64,000 nucleotides of DNA, taken from assembly GCA_944391615.1 (NCBI GenBank), contig CALXUE010000008.1, positions 3,511 to 67,510 on the forward strand, given 5' to 3'. This DNA is from an uncultured Alphaproteobacteria bacterium (lineage in GTDB: Bacteria > Pseudomonadota > Alphaproteobacteria > RF32 > CAG-239). Below the pieces are notes generated by a model. The model did not search any database and had not been told where the DNA came from. It was given only the letters and a program-made list of their open reading frames with translations. Of the stretch, positions 29,671 to 38,637 are shown in pieces; within the stretch, counting starts at the first letter, position 1; every line of letters begins with the position of its first letter. The position numbers and the translations under genes are program-made.

Positions 29671-29700
29671 AGCCCTTGAAATTCAAGGGCTTTTTCTTTT
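29671..29700 (+). terminator. rho-independent terminator after the tRNA
   Basis: AGCCCTTGA-AAT-TCAAGGGCT followed by a T-run. Confidence 0.8.
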
Positions 29701-29757
29701 ATTTAGCCTATTAAATTCAACTCAAAAATAGCGTTTTTATCCCCTTTTTATGGCTCA

Positions 29758-29777
29758 AGCTACCACCGAGCTACCAC
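29758..29777. repeat. right arm of the perfect 20-nt inverted repeat
   Basis: AGCTACCACCGAGCTACCAC. Confidence 0.85.
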
Positions 29778-29906
29778 CAACCCAAAATTATCATTAAAAT
29801 TCAATATATTAGGCATTGAATATTTTACGCAATTTTTATTTGCGCTGGGATTTTTTTATTGAAATTTTTGATAAAAATGATAAGTTAAAGGCAATTAATT
29901 ATCATT

Positions 29907-30731
29907 ATGTCAAATTTAAAAATTTTTATTATGGAAAGAATAGATTTTATAAAAGAGGCTGTCTTTTTATCCGGATTGTCTATTGAAGAAGTCATACAGG
30001 CTTTTGCATCAGATGTTTCAATCGAATTTTTGCAGGAGCTGGTTCAATCTCAAAAAGAGAAATTAGCAACATATCAACAAACAACTGCTCTATCAGAATC
30101 AGAAAGACTTGTCGAAAGCCCTCAAGTTTTAGATGATAAAACAGAAAAACAATATGAACTGTTTACTGCAGAGAGCGGAAAAGTTCAAATTGGAATGTTT
30201 TATTACAATGAAGACAAGACTTTTTCCAGAGAATTAATTGATGGCAAACAAGTTTCCGGTGTGGTTGGTTATGTTGATGAAAGCAAAAAGCATGGATTAA
30301 TTATAACCCTACGCCAAAAGAAGTTGTATTGGTCACACTGTTTTTTGTATGTCAATATGCCAAACAATTTAAGTGGAAAAGAAAATACTCGCTTAATTTT
30401 AAAAGCGGCTAAAAAGCAAGGTAAAATAGCAGATGCGGCTGAGTATTGCGCTAATTATGCTTATGACGGAATCAAAGCTGGAGAAGCCTTTCTCCCTAGC
30501 AAAGCTGAATTTGTTAAGATTATGGATAATTTAGAAGATATTAAATCTTCTTTGGAAAAAATTAAAGACACACAAATAAAGAGAGAGTATTATTGGACAT
30601 CTTCCGAGTATAATAGTCATAAGGCTTACCCTATAAATTGCTTTGACAATAGCGATTTAACCAGATCTCTCGATGGAATCGACGACAAGGATATACAAAG
30701 AAATTATGTTCGCCCGATGATGTCATTTTGA
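29907..30731 (+). CDS. DUF1566-like (Lcl C-terminal-like) domain protein, no obvious signal peptide
   Basis: The C-terminal region (GEAFLPSKAEF...YYWTSSEYNSHKAY...RNYVRPMMSF) resembles the end of 42038-42859 and the DUF1566 pattern. An alternative start is ATG 29931. Confidence 0.55.
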   Translation: MSNLKIFIMERIDFIKEAVFLSGLSIEEVIQAFASDVSIEFLQELVQSQKEKLATYQQTTALSESERLVESPQVLDDKTEKQYELFTAESGKVQIGMFYYNEDKTFSRELIDGKQVSGVVGYVDESKKHGLIITLRQKKLYWSHCFLYVNMPNNLSGKENTRLILKAAKKQGKIADAAEYCANYAYDGIKAGEAFLPSKAEFVKIMDNLEDIKSSLEKIKDTQIKREYYWTSSEYNSHKAYPINCFDNSDLTRSLDGIDDKDIQRNYVRPMMSF

Positions 30732-30741
30732 TTTATTTTAC

Positions 30742-30776
30742 AATCCGGTTGGTTTATTACCACCGGATTTTTTTTG
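30742..30776 (+). terminator. rho-independent terminator
   Basis: AATCCGGT(T)GG...CCACCGGATT followed by T8. Confidence 0.7.
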
Positions 30777-30832
30777 CGTCCGACGAAAATTTTTATTTCT
30801 TGACTTTTTGATATAAAAATATAATCTTTTTT

Positions 30833-30903
30833 CAATTAATTATCATTATGTTTAACTTAGAGGAACCGGTCAAATAAGCCTCAATAAATATTCCGGTATA
30901 ATT
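30833..30903 (+). promoter_or_regulatory. conserved leader with a 9-codon uORF (MFNLEEPVK*), paralogous to 12482-12552
   Basis: CAATTAATTATCATTATGTTTAAC motif. The uORF is at 30848-30877. The promoter upstream is TTGACT...TATAAT (30799-30826). Confidence 0.55.
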
Positions 30904-31491
30904 ATGAATGGTGTTGATACAAACTTTTTGTTGATAGCTCTTATTATTGCAGGTGTTATTTTTGTTACTTTATTTGTTTTTCTGCTTATTAAAGTTTCAA
31001 AAATGAGACAGCGTATTCAAGATGAACTTAGCGGTAAAGAAGGTGTTTATGACGGGCCGGCGGGCGAACCTTGGTGGAATGGAAAACTTCCTGAATATGT
31101 GGATGATTATACCAAGCCGCGCTATGTTTATGAAAACTTAGTTGAAACAACTGAGTTTCGACCTGAGAATGGACGTATTATCGGTTACAGAATTTCTCCA
31201 AGTTTGGTTATTCATTCGCGCGTACAAAAAGTTAAGCCATCTGCGGTTGTACTCTATCGCGATCGCTTTGGCGGAAATTTTTTGGAATTTTCTGATGTTA
31301 AGACGTTGGTTCCTGTGTGGCAAAAAGTTTCTGATTTACGCGTTGCTGCAGGAGACATTCCTCTTGAAGGCAAGTTCCTTTATGCAACAAATTGCGGTTC
31401 CGTGGTCATATGTAACATTCATGATATGACATGGGAATATCCAAATTTTACCTCACTTGAAGGACATTTATTGATTTTGAAACGCTCATGA
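30904..31491 (+). CDS. membrane-anchored protein of unknown function (paralog of 12553-13131)
   Basis: N-terminal TM plus the shared GVYDGPAGEPWWNGKLP...PRYVYENLVETT...PENGRIIGYRISPSLVIHSRVQ block. Confidence 0.65.
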   Translation: MNGVDTNFLLIALIIAGVIFVTLFVFLLIKVSKMRQRIQDELSGKEGVYDGPAGEPWWNGKLPEYVDDYTKPRYVYENLVETTEFRPENGRIIGYRISPSLVIHSRVQKVKPSAVVLYRDRFGGNFLEFSDVKTLVPVWQKVSDLRVAAGDIPLEGKFLYATNCGSVVICNIHDMTWEYPNFTSLEGHLLILKRS

Positions 31492-31496
31492 ATTGA

Positions 31497-31529
31497 AAGC
31501 CTTGTACGGGAATGTACAAGGCTTTTTTT
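31497..31529 (+). terminator. rho-independent terminator
   Basis: AAGCCTTGTAC/GTACAAGGCTT 11-bp stem followed by a T-run. Confidence 0.8.
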
Positions 31530-31686
31530 ATAAGCAATGCTGAATGAGAGTTTGTTTCTAGTTATTTGTTTTTGAGAGAGGGTGCTTACTTTATGGTAAG
31601 TATATTTCTGCAAGGTTAGTATTGATTTTTTCTATAACAAAAAATAGCATTAAAAGCTGAGATAATTATTTTAGAAAGGTGCGAAA

Positions 31687-32241
31687 ATGGGTAAAAAAAT
31701 TGTTATTCTAAACGGTAGCCCAAGAGCTAACGGTAATACAAAAGGGTTGATAGATGCCTTTATGCAAGGTGCTCAAGAAAAAGGTCATGAAGTGGTGTGT
31801 TTTGATTTGGGACGCCTTAATATTCATGGATGTTTGGGATGCTTTGGCGGTGGCAAAGATAGGCTGAGCCCTTGTGTGCAAAAAGATGATATGTTGAAAA
31901 TTTATCCTGAGTATATGGCGGCTGATGTTGTGGTATTGGCTTCACCTATGTATTATTGGGGAATTTCGGGGCAATTGAAATGTGCTTTTGATAGGCTGTT
32001 TGCTGTGGCTGAATGTGATGAAAATTATGAAAATCCTAAAAAAGATTGTATTCTGCTTATGGCTTCCGAAGGTGATGGAATTGATAATAGTAAACCGGTT
32101 TTGGATTATTATCAGGCTTTGTTGGCTCATTTAAATTGGAAAAATCTTGGATATATTATTGCCGGTGGGGTGTTAAAAATCGGTGATATAAAAGGACATA
32201 AGGCCTTGAAGGATGCTTTTAATTTAGGAAAGAATTTGTAA
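31687..32241 (+). CDS. flavodoxin-like fold NAD(P)H-dependent FMN reductase family protein
   Basis: KIVILNGSPRANGNT...SPMYYWGISGQLKCAFDR pattern. 184 aa. Confidence 0.75.
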   Translation: MGKKIVILNGSPRANGNTKGLIDAFMQGAQEKGHEVVCFDLGRLNIHGCLGCFGGGKDRLSPCVQKDDMLKIYPEYMAADVVVLASPMYYWGISGQLKCAFDRLFAVAECDENYENPKKDCILLMASEGDGIDNSKPVLDYYQALLAHLNWKNLGYIIAGGVLKIGDIKGHKALKDAFNLGKNL

Positions 32242-32251
32242 AATACACAAG

Positions 32252-32587
32252 TTATTTGGGGCGGTGTTTGTCGCCCCATTCGCATAAGGCAAAAAGCATG
32301 GGAATGAGGGATGCGCCTTTTTCTGTTAGGCTGTATTCTACCTTGGGTGGAAGTTCTGGATAGACATGGCGATTAATAAGGCCGTCTTTTTCTAATTCTT
32401 TAAGTGTTGTGCTGAGCATTTTGAACGATATTTTGCCTATGAGCCGATGCAAGGCGTTATGTCTTAAGGTTCCGAATTCTCCCAGCCAATAGAGTACAAT
32501 CATTTTGTATTTGCCGCCGATGATGGATAAGGTGTAGCCAAAGCCGGTGTCTTCTATTTTGGTGTCGGGGGAGATACATTGTGTCAT
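32252..32587 (-). CDS. HxlR family winged-helix transcriptional regulator
   Basis: GGKYKMIVLYWL...LSTTLKELEKDGLINRHVYPELPPKVEYSLTEKG. Confidence 0.85.
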   Translation of the reverse strand: MTQCISPDTKIEDTGFGYTLSIIGGKYKMIVLYWLGEFGTLRHNALHRLIGKISFKMLSTTLKELEKDGLINRHVYPELPPKVEYSLTEKGASLIPMLFALCEWGDKHRPK

Positions 32588-32728
32588 TTTACACTCTCTT
32601 TTGGGTTAGTATGTGATTTATTTATCAGTATTGTTTTTCTATTATTATATATAGTCATATTATTTAGTCTGCAACTGATTTTTATTTGTGATTTTTGAAA
32701 AGGTTAATTTTTGTGAAAGGATTTTGCT

Positions 32729-33226
32729 ATGAAAGAAATTACTTTACCTAAAGCTTCTCAACTCAGTTCACCGAATCCGGTGACATTGGTTTGTACTCAA
32801 AAAAGCGATGGCTCACCTAATTTGGCTACGGTTTCTTGGTGGACTTATCTTTCTTATAATCCTTATATGATTGCTTTTGCTATGGCTAAAACATCTTATA
32901 GCGGGGAAATGGTACGCCAGAATAAAAAGGTTATTTTGACTATTCCGGGGGCAGAACTCGCCGATGTTGTTTTAGGTTGTGGCAGTACAACGGGACGTCA
33001 GACGGATAAAGTGGCCAAGTTTGATATTAAACTTATGGATGTTGCAGGGAGTGACATCAAAATACCTTGTCATAGTAAGGTTGCTATTGTTTGTCATTTG
33101 AAAGAATATCATGAAGTGGGGGATCATTATTTGTATATCTGTGATGTGGAAAAAGTTTTTGCAGATGAAACAGAAAATGCTTTGTTTGCGTGGAACGGGT
33201 ATGCTCAAATTCGGCCGGTAAAGTAG
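32729..33226 (+). CDS. flavin reductase-like (FMN-binding split barrel) domain protein
   Basis: NPVTLVCTQKSDGSPNLATVSWWTYLSYNPYMIAFAM; divergent from the HxlR regulator. Confidence 0.75.
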   Translation: MKEITLPKASQLSSPNPVTLVCTQKSDGSPNLATVSWWTYLSYNPYMIAFAMAKTSYSGEMVRQNKKVILTIPGAELADVVLGCGSTTGRQTDKVAKFDIKLMDVAGSDIKIPCHSKVAIVCHLKEYHEVGDHYLYICDVEKVFADETENALFAWNGYAQIRPVK

Positions 33227-33392
33227 GCGTTTGATAAAGCAAGTCGACGATTTGAGATTACTGCCGGCTTGTTTTTTTTGAGGGGAGTATAATTTTGTTG
33301 GGCAACTCAAAAAATATATTAATTATACTTGACAACTTTGATATATTACAATTATAATACATATATATTTTGAAATATATTGGAGGCGCGAC

Positions 33393-33974
33393 ATGAAAAA
33401 AATTGAAAGTGTTAAAGAGTTTGTGGAAAAAATTGACAGCTCTAAAAAAGTTAATCCAAAAGATTTGTCTTCTGATCAGGATTTGACCATTGCCATCATG
33501 AACCTTATCAGCATTGAAGAGCATTTGGTCTTTTCCGGTGCGAAAACCGGCAAAAATTCTTTTTATGATTTGATTCAAAACATTAGAGAAATGCGCAAAA
33601 ATTTGATGCAGAAAGTTATTCCTTCTTATGAAGGGGAAGTTTGGTGCATCTCAAAGCATTTGTTGGCTTCATCGATGCGTTTGATGGAGGTTGGAACCAA
33701 GCAGCAGTCTTTGGGGCATAAAGAAGATGCCTACAAGCTCTTTAATCAAGCCTATGAACTTTATTGTTTGTTTTGGGGTTTGAATATGAATATGCTTAAT
33801 ATTCGTGATGTTAAGTGGATTGAAGATAAAACGGAAGATGTGCAAAAAATATCTCAAAAACTGGAAGAAAAATCTCAAAATTCCGAGATAGAATCCAAGC
33901 CAGAAGAAAGTGCCGGAACTTTGGCTAAAATGAAAGCCTTTGTGCGCAAGGCGGTTGATTGCTGTATTGAATAA
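33393..33974 (+). CDS. hypothetical protein
   Basis: A 193-aa helical ORF with an acidic C-terminus and no motif I recognise. Confidence 0.55.
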   Translation: MKKIESVKEFVEKIDSSKKVNPKDLSSDQDLTIAIMNLISIEEHLVFSGAKTGKNSFYDLIQNIREMRKNLMQKVIPSYEGEVWCISKHLLASSMRLMEVGTKQQSLGHKEDAYKLFNQAYELYCLFWGLNMNMLNIRDVKWIEDKTEDVQKISQKLEEKSQNSEIESKPEESAGTLAKMKAFVRKAVDCCIE

Positions 33975-33993
33975 TCTGTATGGGGGAGGGAAG

Positions 33994-34365
33994 ATGAAAA
34001 GTTTTTTTGCTTTATTTTTTGTTTTTGCAGTTTTTATTTTGAGTGGTTGTGATAGTTCACAAAAATCTGAGGCGCGTGAAGATGTGTTTTCGGATAAAAA
34101 AGTGTATTTCTTTTATTCAAACTTTTGTCCGCACTGTCATGATGCCTTGGCGTATATCAATAAAAAATATCCTAATTTGCAGTTGACCATGGTTAATGTG
34201 CAAAATCCAGATGGATATAATCTGTTGTTGCGGGCTGCCAAAGAATATAATCTTGGCAATCAAATCGGCACACCGCTTCTGCTGATGGGGAAAAATCATT
34301 TGATGGGCTGGGCTGATGAATATGAACCGCAATTTGATGCTTGGGTGAAGCCGTATCTTAAATAA
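33994..34365 (+). CDS. thioredoxin-fold lipoprotein (CxxC)
   Basis: Lipobox FILSGC and FYSNFCPHCH active-site-like motif. GGGAGGG SD before ATG 33994. The track ORF start at 33940 overlaps the previous gene. Confidence 0.7.
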   Translation: MKSFFALFFVFAVFILSGCDSSQKSEAREDVFSDKKVYFFYSNFCPHCHDALAYINKKYPNLQLTMVNVQNPDGYNLLLRAAKEYNLGNQIGTPLLLMGKNHLMGWADEYEPQFDAWVKPYLK

Positions 34366-34464
34366 AAAAAATTCCTCGATTTTGTTGGTCGGGGAATTTT
34401 TTTTATGTTTGCAAATTGCGCGGCTTTGATATAATCTGAAAGAAAAAAGTGCCGGAGAAATTTT

Positions 34465-35103
34465 ATGGTTGAACAACTGCCGCCCGAGATTATGAAAAAA
34501 GCCGTGAAGGGTATTAGCTACATCGCACACCCGTTGCGTCTTAGAATTTTGGAGTTTATGGATGTTAACGGGCCGTCTTCCGTGTCGACGATTGCTAAGG
34601 GTGTAGGCGAGGAGCAAATGATTGTGTCGCAGAGTTTGAAAAAATTCAGAGAGGCGCATTTGGTTAAAACGCAGCGAAAAGGCATTTTTGTTTATTATGA
34701 TATTTATGAAGAATATCCTGCTAGCATTTTTGAATGTATTCGTAAGCTTTTTGCTTATATGACCGATAGTTTTTATTATTTAACGAGCAAGCAGGTTTTA
34801 CCTAAAGATTATACGACAATGGTGGCTAACCGGATTAAGCTGTTTGCCAATTATGATAAAATGCGTATTTTGGAATATTTGATTTTGTTTGGTGAATCTA
34901 AAGTTTCTGACATTATTCAAGGTATTGACAGTGAACAAATGAAAGTTTCGCAGTATCTTAAACGCCTTAAAGATGATGGGTTTGTGTCATCTCGACGCGA
35001 GGGGCGGTTTATTTATTACTCTATAACGCAAGGGGTGCATAAAACCGCACTTTTGTGTATTCGGAAGCGTTATGATGCTTTAGCTGATAAAAACGAGTTT
35101 TAA
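34465..35103 (+). CDS. ArsR/SmtB family regulator with two tandem winged-HTH domains in one polypeptide
   Basis: HPLRLRILEFM...VSQSLKKFREAHLVKTQRKGIFVYY and DKMRILEYL...VSQYLKRLKDDGFVSSRREGRFIYY. Confidence 0.75.
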   Translation: MVEQLPPEIMKKAVKGISYIAHPLRLRILEFMDVNGPSSVSTIAKGVGEEQMIVSQSLKKFREAHLVKTQRKGIFVYYDIYEEYPASIFECIRKLFAYMTDSFYYLTSKQVLPKDYTTMVANRIKLFANYDKMRILEYLILFGESKVSDIIQGIDSEQMKVSQYLKRLKDDGFVSSRREGRFIYYSITQGVHKTALLCIRKRYDALADKNEF

Positions 35104-35203
35104 GCTGATTTTTGGTATTTTCTTTTTTCTATGAAATTTGGGCTTGCTTAAAATTTTTTCTTTTGTAAACTAAATGCAGGTTTAATTTTGATGGATTGAA
35201 TTG

Positions 35204-36529
35204 ATGGCAGAATATTCTGTTTCTGAATTGTTATTGTTTCAAGCGATTTTAATTTTGTTTAATGCGGTTTTTGCTTGTGCTGAAATTGCGGTTATTTCCA
35301 TGAATGATTCTAAGTTGGCCAAGTTGGCTGAGGCGGGAGATAAACGTGCTATGCGCTTGGCTTCTTTAACCAAACAGCCGGCAAAATTTTTGGCAACCAT
35401 TCAGGTGGGAATTACGTTGGCCGGATTTTTGGGTAGTGCTTTTGCCGCAGATAATTTTTCGGATAGAATTGTTGATTGGCTGATTGCTCAAGGTGTTACT
35501 ATTGCTCCGGCCAAGCTGGATGTTTTAGCCGTGATTTTTATTACGCTTGTGTTGTCTTATGTGACTTTGATTTTTGGTGAGTTGGTGCCTAAGCGTATTG
35601 CGATGCAATATGCTGAAAAAATTGCTTTATTTATTTCTTCAAGCATCTATTTGATTGCAAAGATTTTTTCGCCGATTGTGTGGCTTTTGACTGCTTCAAC
35701 CAATATTTCTTTGCGCCTGCTGGGAATTAATCCCGAGCAGAAAAGCGAAAATGTGACCGAAGAGGAAATTCGGATTATGGTGGATGTCGGTAGTGAAAAC
35801 GGTACTATTGATGACGCTGAAAAAAAGATGATCCATAATGTGTTTGAATTTGATGACAAGTTGGTCAATGAGGTGATGACGCATCGTACGGATGTTGAGT
35901 TTTTGGATGCGGATGATGATTTGCTCGATTGGGAAAAAATTATGATTGAGACTCGGTATTCGGTTTATCCGGTGTTTCAGGATAATTATGATAATGTTTT
36001 GGGTGTTCTGAATATTAAAGATTATTTTAAATATAAGGAACAAGGCAAAGCTGTGATTTTGAATAAAGCGGTTCAAAAAGCCTTATTTGTACCGGAAAAT
36101 CTGCACATAGACGACTTGTTTCAGCATATGCAAAAAACGCGAATCCATTTTGCCTTGGTGGTTGATGAATATGGCGGTATATCCGGTATTGCCACGATGA
36201 ATGACTTGTTGGAAGAAATTGTTGGTGAGTTGGAAGATGATGCCAGTGCTCCTCCGACAGAGCCATCTATTGTGCAAGTGAACAAAAATTCTTGGGTTAT
36301 TCAGGGGGCGGCACCGATTGATGAGGTGGAAAAGGTTTTGGGCGTGGATTTGTCTGAGTTTGACTGTGAAACTTTTGCCGGGTTTGTTTTGGCGTTGATG
36401 AATGAAATTCCCGTTAATAAAAAAAATATTAAGTTGTCCTATCAAAACATACGCATAAAATTGGCGAAAACTAACGGACATAAGATAGAAAAAGCTGTCG
36501 TACAACGGCTGAAAAATGATGAAATTTAG
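35204..36529 (+). CDS. hemolysin family protein (CNNM/DUF21 TM domain + CBS pair + CorC_HlyC)
   Basis: The N-terminal four-TM DUF21 pattern (AEIAVISMN...FGELVPKR), then CBS-like repeats, then a C-terminal CorC-like domain. Confidence 0.8.
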   Translation: MAEYSVSELLLFQAILILFNAVFACAEIAVISMNDSKLAKLAEAGDKRAMRLASLTKQPAKFLATIQVGITLAGFLGSAFAADNFSDRIVDWLIAQGVTIAPAKLDVLAVIFITLVLSYVTLIFGELVPKRIAMQYAEKIALFISSSIYLIAKIFSPIVWLLTASTNISLRLLGINPEQKSENVTEEEIRIMVDVGSENGTIDDAEKKMIHNVFEFDDKLVNEVMTHRTDVEFLDADDDLLDWEKIMIETRYSVYPVFQDNYDNVLGVLNIKDYFKYKEQGKAVILNKAVQKALFVPENLHIDDLFQHMQKTRIHFALVVDEYGGISGIATMNDLLEEIVGELEDDASAPPTEPSIVQVNKNSWVIQGAAPIDEVEKVLGVDLSEFDCETFAGFVLALMNEIPVNKKNIKLSYQNIRIKLAKTNGHKIEKAVVQRLKNDEI

Positions 36530-36548
36530 GTGAAGAAAGTTCTTGAAT

Positions 36549-37319
36549 ATGGAACATAATAAAACAAATATTTTGGTGTGGATTTTGGGCTTTTATTATT
36601 TTAAGAATAAAATAGTTCGCTATATTTGTGTTGCGTTAGGTGCTATTTTCGCTCTTGTTTACCTTTTGAAAATAGGCAATGTTATCCAGGCTTTTTTTAT
36701 GTATTTTGTACCGTTTTGCATTATGTATGTGTTTTATTACACAGGAGCTTTACTGCGAGATATTACAAGATTTTTTATTAAATGCGTTAAAAATAAAGAG
36801 TTTAATATTGATAAATTTGACATTGTTATTTTTGGGAAAAAGCCTGTACCTCAAAAAGATGGTTTAAATGGAAGCCTTAATTGGTTGTGTTATTTAGGGC
36901 TTTTAGCGGTGATTATTTGGGTGGCATATTTTATAAAACATTTTTTTGATGGTAACGCTTTTGCTTTGTTGATTTATGCTTTTGCTGCCATTGGTTTTTT
37001 GTTTCAATATCTTTTTTATCGGGCACGCAGACTGAAAGCCGATGTTTGGGCTTATGATTTTGTTTTGGCAAGTTTGCTTCTTATTACTGGTAGTTTGCAG
37101 TTGGGGCTTTATCCTATTGATGAATTTGTTGGTGGTGTTTTACTTAAAACGGTTATATTCTTTTTCTTGTTTAACGTAATTTGGATTTGGGTTTTGAGAG
37201 TGAATCTAAAGTTTAGAACGGTGATTGTTGCAAAACTTATGGCAAAGCCGTATCCTCTTGCTCTTTTTATTTATTTTCTTTCTTGGGTGTTAGCTTTGAA
37301 TTTACAGCTTGCGGATTAG
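36549..37319 (+). CDS. polytopic membrane protein, function unknown
   Basis: At least six hydrophobic helices and no motif. Confidence 0.5.
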   Translation: MEHNKTNILVWILGFYYFKNKIVRYICVALGAIFALVYLLKIGNVIQAFFMYFVPFCIMYVFYYTGALLRDITRFFIKCVKNKEFNIDKFDIVIFGKKPVPQKDGLNGSLNWLCYLGLLAVIIWVAYFIKHFFDGNAFALLIYAFAAIGFLFQYLFYRARRLKADVWAYDFVLASLLLITGSLQLGLYPIDEFVGGVLLKTVIFFFLFNVIWIWVLRVNLKFRTVIVAKLMAKPYPLALFIYFLSWVLALNLQLAD

Positions 37320-37332
37320 AGAAAGGGATATC

Positions 37333-37641
37333 TCAGTGTTTGTAAAATTCGGTAAACAGGGCACGGATGACTTCGGTCACATCTGAGCGTAGTTTGGTGT
37401 CGTGTACAAACTCATCAAAATAGCCGCTGTTGTCGGTAAGCAAGCTTTCTTTAGCGTTTTGCAAGCGTTCTTCGTCGGAGAGCTTTATTAAACGTTTGTG
37501 TTTGCCCTCAAAGATAATTTGTTTTGGTTCCGGCATAAAATGTTCTATGTAAAAATTATCTGCGGTGAAATTTTCTTTATACGCTTGTTTGAGATTATTT
37601 ATGGCCGGAAAATCTTCCAGTATAGTGAATTTTGGGGTCAT
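37333..37641 (-). CDS. hypothetical protein
   Basis: A 102-aa ORF downstream of the CI-like repressor, preceded by an operator-like palindrome. Confidence 0.5.
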   Translation of the reverse strand: MTPKFTILEDFPAINNLKQAYKENFTADNFYIEHFMPEPKQIIFEGKHKRLIKLSDEERLQNAKESLLTDNSGYFDEFVHDTKLRSDVTEVIRALFTEFYKH

Positions 37642-37662
37642 ATGCTTTGCTCCAAATTAGTT

Positions 37663-37681
37663 TTATTCGAATTATGAATAT
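37663..37681. promoter_or_regulatory. operator-like palindrome TTATTCG-N5-TGAATAT
   Basis: The same half-sites as the O1/O2 palindromes at 38458-38498. Confidence 0.45.
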
Positions 37682-37723
37682 TTAGTATAAAAAATATTGT
37701 TATTAAAAAGCAAGCAATTTTTT

Positions 37724-38344
37724 TTATACAACTTTTTGGATATGATAAATGACTTTGCCAAAGACTTTGACCTGATTATAATCATCGGTGGTAAAATTTT
37801 CATATTCGGGGTTATCTGACTTTATGATGGCGCTATGTTTGATAGGATTTATTAATATTCTTTTGGGAACAATCATATTACCAAGGTTAAGTAAATATAT
37901 TCCGTCATTGTCGGGATGAGAAACCGATGTGTCTACCCATACCATGTCGCCGGCATTGATTGTGGGTTTCATGGATTCATTTTCTATTCTTATTATTTTG
38001 ATGTCTGTGGGGGCAGCATTGGTAAATTCTCGAAGCATTGATATTGGCATGAGTTGATGTCCGAGGGTGATGGTTTGCAGGGTTTGTGTGCTTGAATTTT
38101 TATGTGTGCCGATGATTTCAATAGCGACCATATTGTCAGTTTGTTCGGTTTTTTTTTCAGTGTAATCACCGCTGACAGCGGAAATTGGAACCTTAAAATA
38201 ATCAGCTATTAGTTTTAGGTATTCATAACGAAGTTTTTGATTTCTTTCCCATTTAGAGATAGTGGCTTGGGACTTGCCAATCGCTTTGCCAAGTTCTTGT
38301 CCGGATAGTCGATGTTCTTTACGCAAGTGTTTTATGTTGTTCAT
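37724..38344 (-). CDS. phage CI/LexA-like repressor (XRE HTH + S24 peptidase domain)
   Basis: N-terminal HTH LSGQELGKAIGKSQATISKWERNQ and C-terminal S24-like MKPTINAGDMVWVD...PKR. I place the start at ATG 38344 (GAGGA upstream). Confidence 0.8.
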   Translation of the reverse strand: MNNIKHLRKEHRLSGQELGKAIGKSQATISKWERNQKLRYEYLKLIADYFKVPISAVSGDYTEKKTEQTDNMVAIEIIGTHKNSSTQTLQTITLGHQLMPISMLREFTNAAPTDIKIIRIENESMKPTINAGDMVWVDTSVSHPDNDGIYLLNLGNMIVPKRILINPIKHSAIIKSDNPEYENFTTDDYNQVKVFGKVIYHIQKVV

Positions 38345-38449
38345 TTTATTATCCTCTAAATATATGTTTAACTTATTGTGACAACGTATAATTGTCAAAT
38401 ATTTGTTATTAATTTTATAATATTTCTTTGTATAACTTTTGATTGTTGC

Positions 38450-38509
38450 TTGACTCTTTATTCGTTTTTCGAATAAATTTTATTCGTTTTATGAATAATA
38501 TATTATTCG
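38450..38509 (+). promoter_or_regulatory. rightward promoter overlapped by three operator sites
   Basis: TTGACT (38450-38455), 17-nt spacer, ATAAAT (38473-38478). O1 is TTATTCG-TTTTT-CGAATAA (38458-38476), O2 is TTATTCG-TTTTA-TGAATAA (38480-38498), and an O3 half-site lies at 38503-38509. Site spacing is 22-23 bp. Confidence 0.55.
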
Positions 38510-38560
38510 TTTATCAAAAATCATCACCGGTTATTAGATTTTTTTTGAAATTTCAAATTT

Positions 38561-38602
38561 TGGACTATGGACTTCGGACTACGGACTTTGGACTACGGAC
38601 TT
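38561..38602 (+). repeat. six tandem heptamers YGGACTW
   Basis: TGGACTA TGGACTT CGGACTA CGGACTT TGGACTA CGGACTT, between the promoter and ATG 38638. Confidence 0.9.
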
Positions 38603-38637
38603 ATGTTTTGTGGCTATTTTTTTCGTGGGAGATTGCT

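Noticed and set aside
34117-34659. 180-aa minus-strand ORF overlapping the thioredoxin-fold and ArsR genes.
   Set aside because: It is antisense to two genes that have clear motifs, and it has no motif or SD of its own.
38443-38637. N-terminal 65 codons of track ORF 38443-39090.
   Set aside because: This part crosses the promoter, the three operator palindromes and the heptamer repeat. An SD-preceded ATG at 38638 gives a more plausible start.
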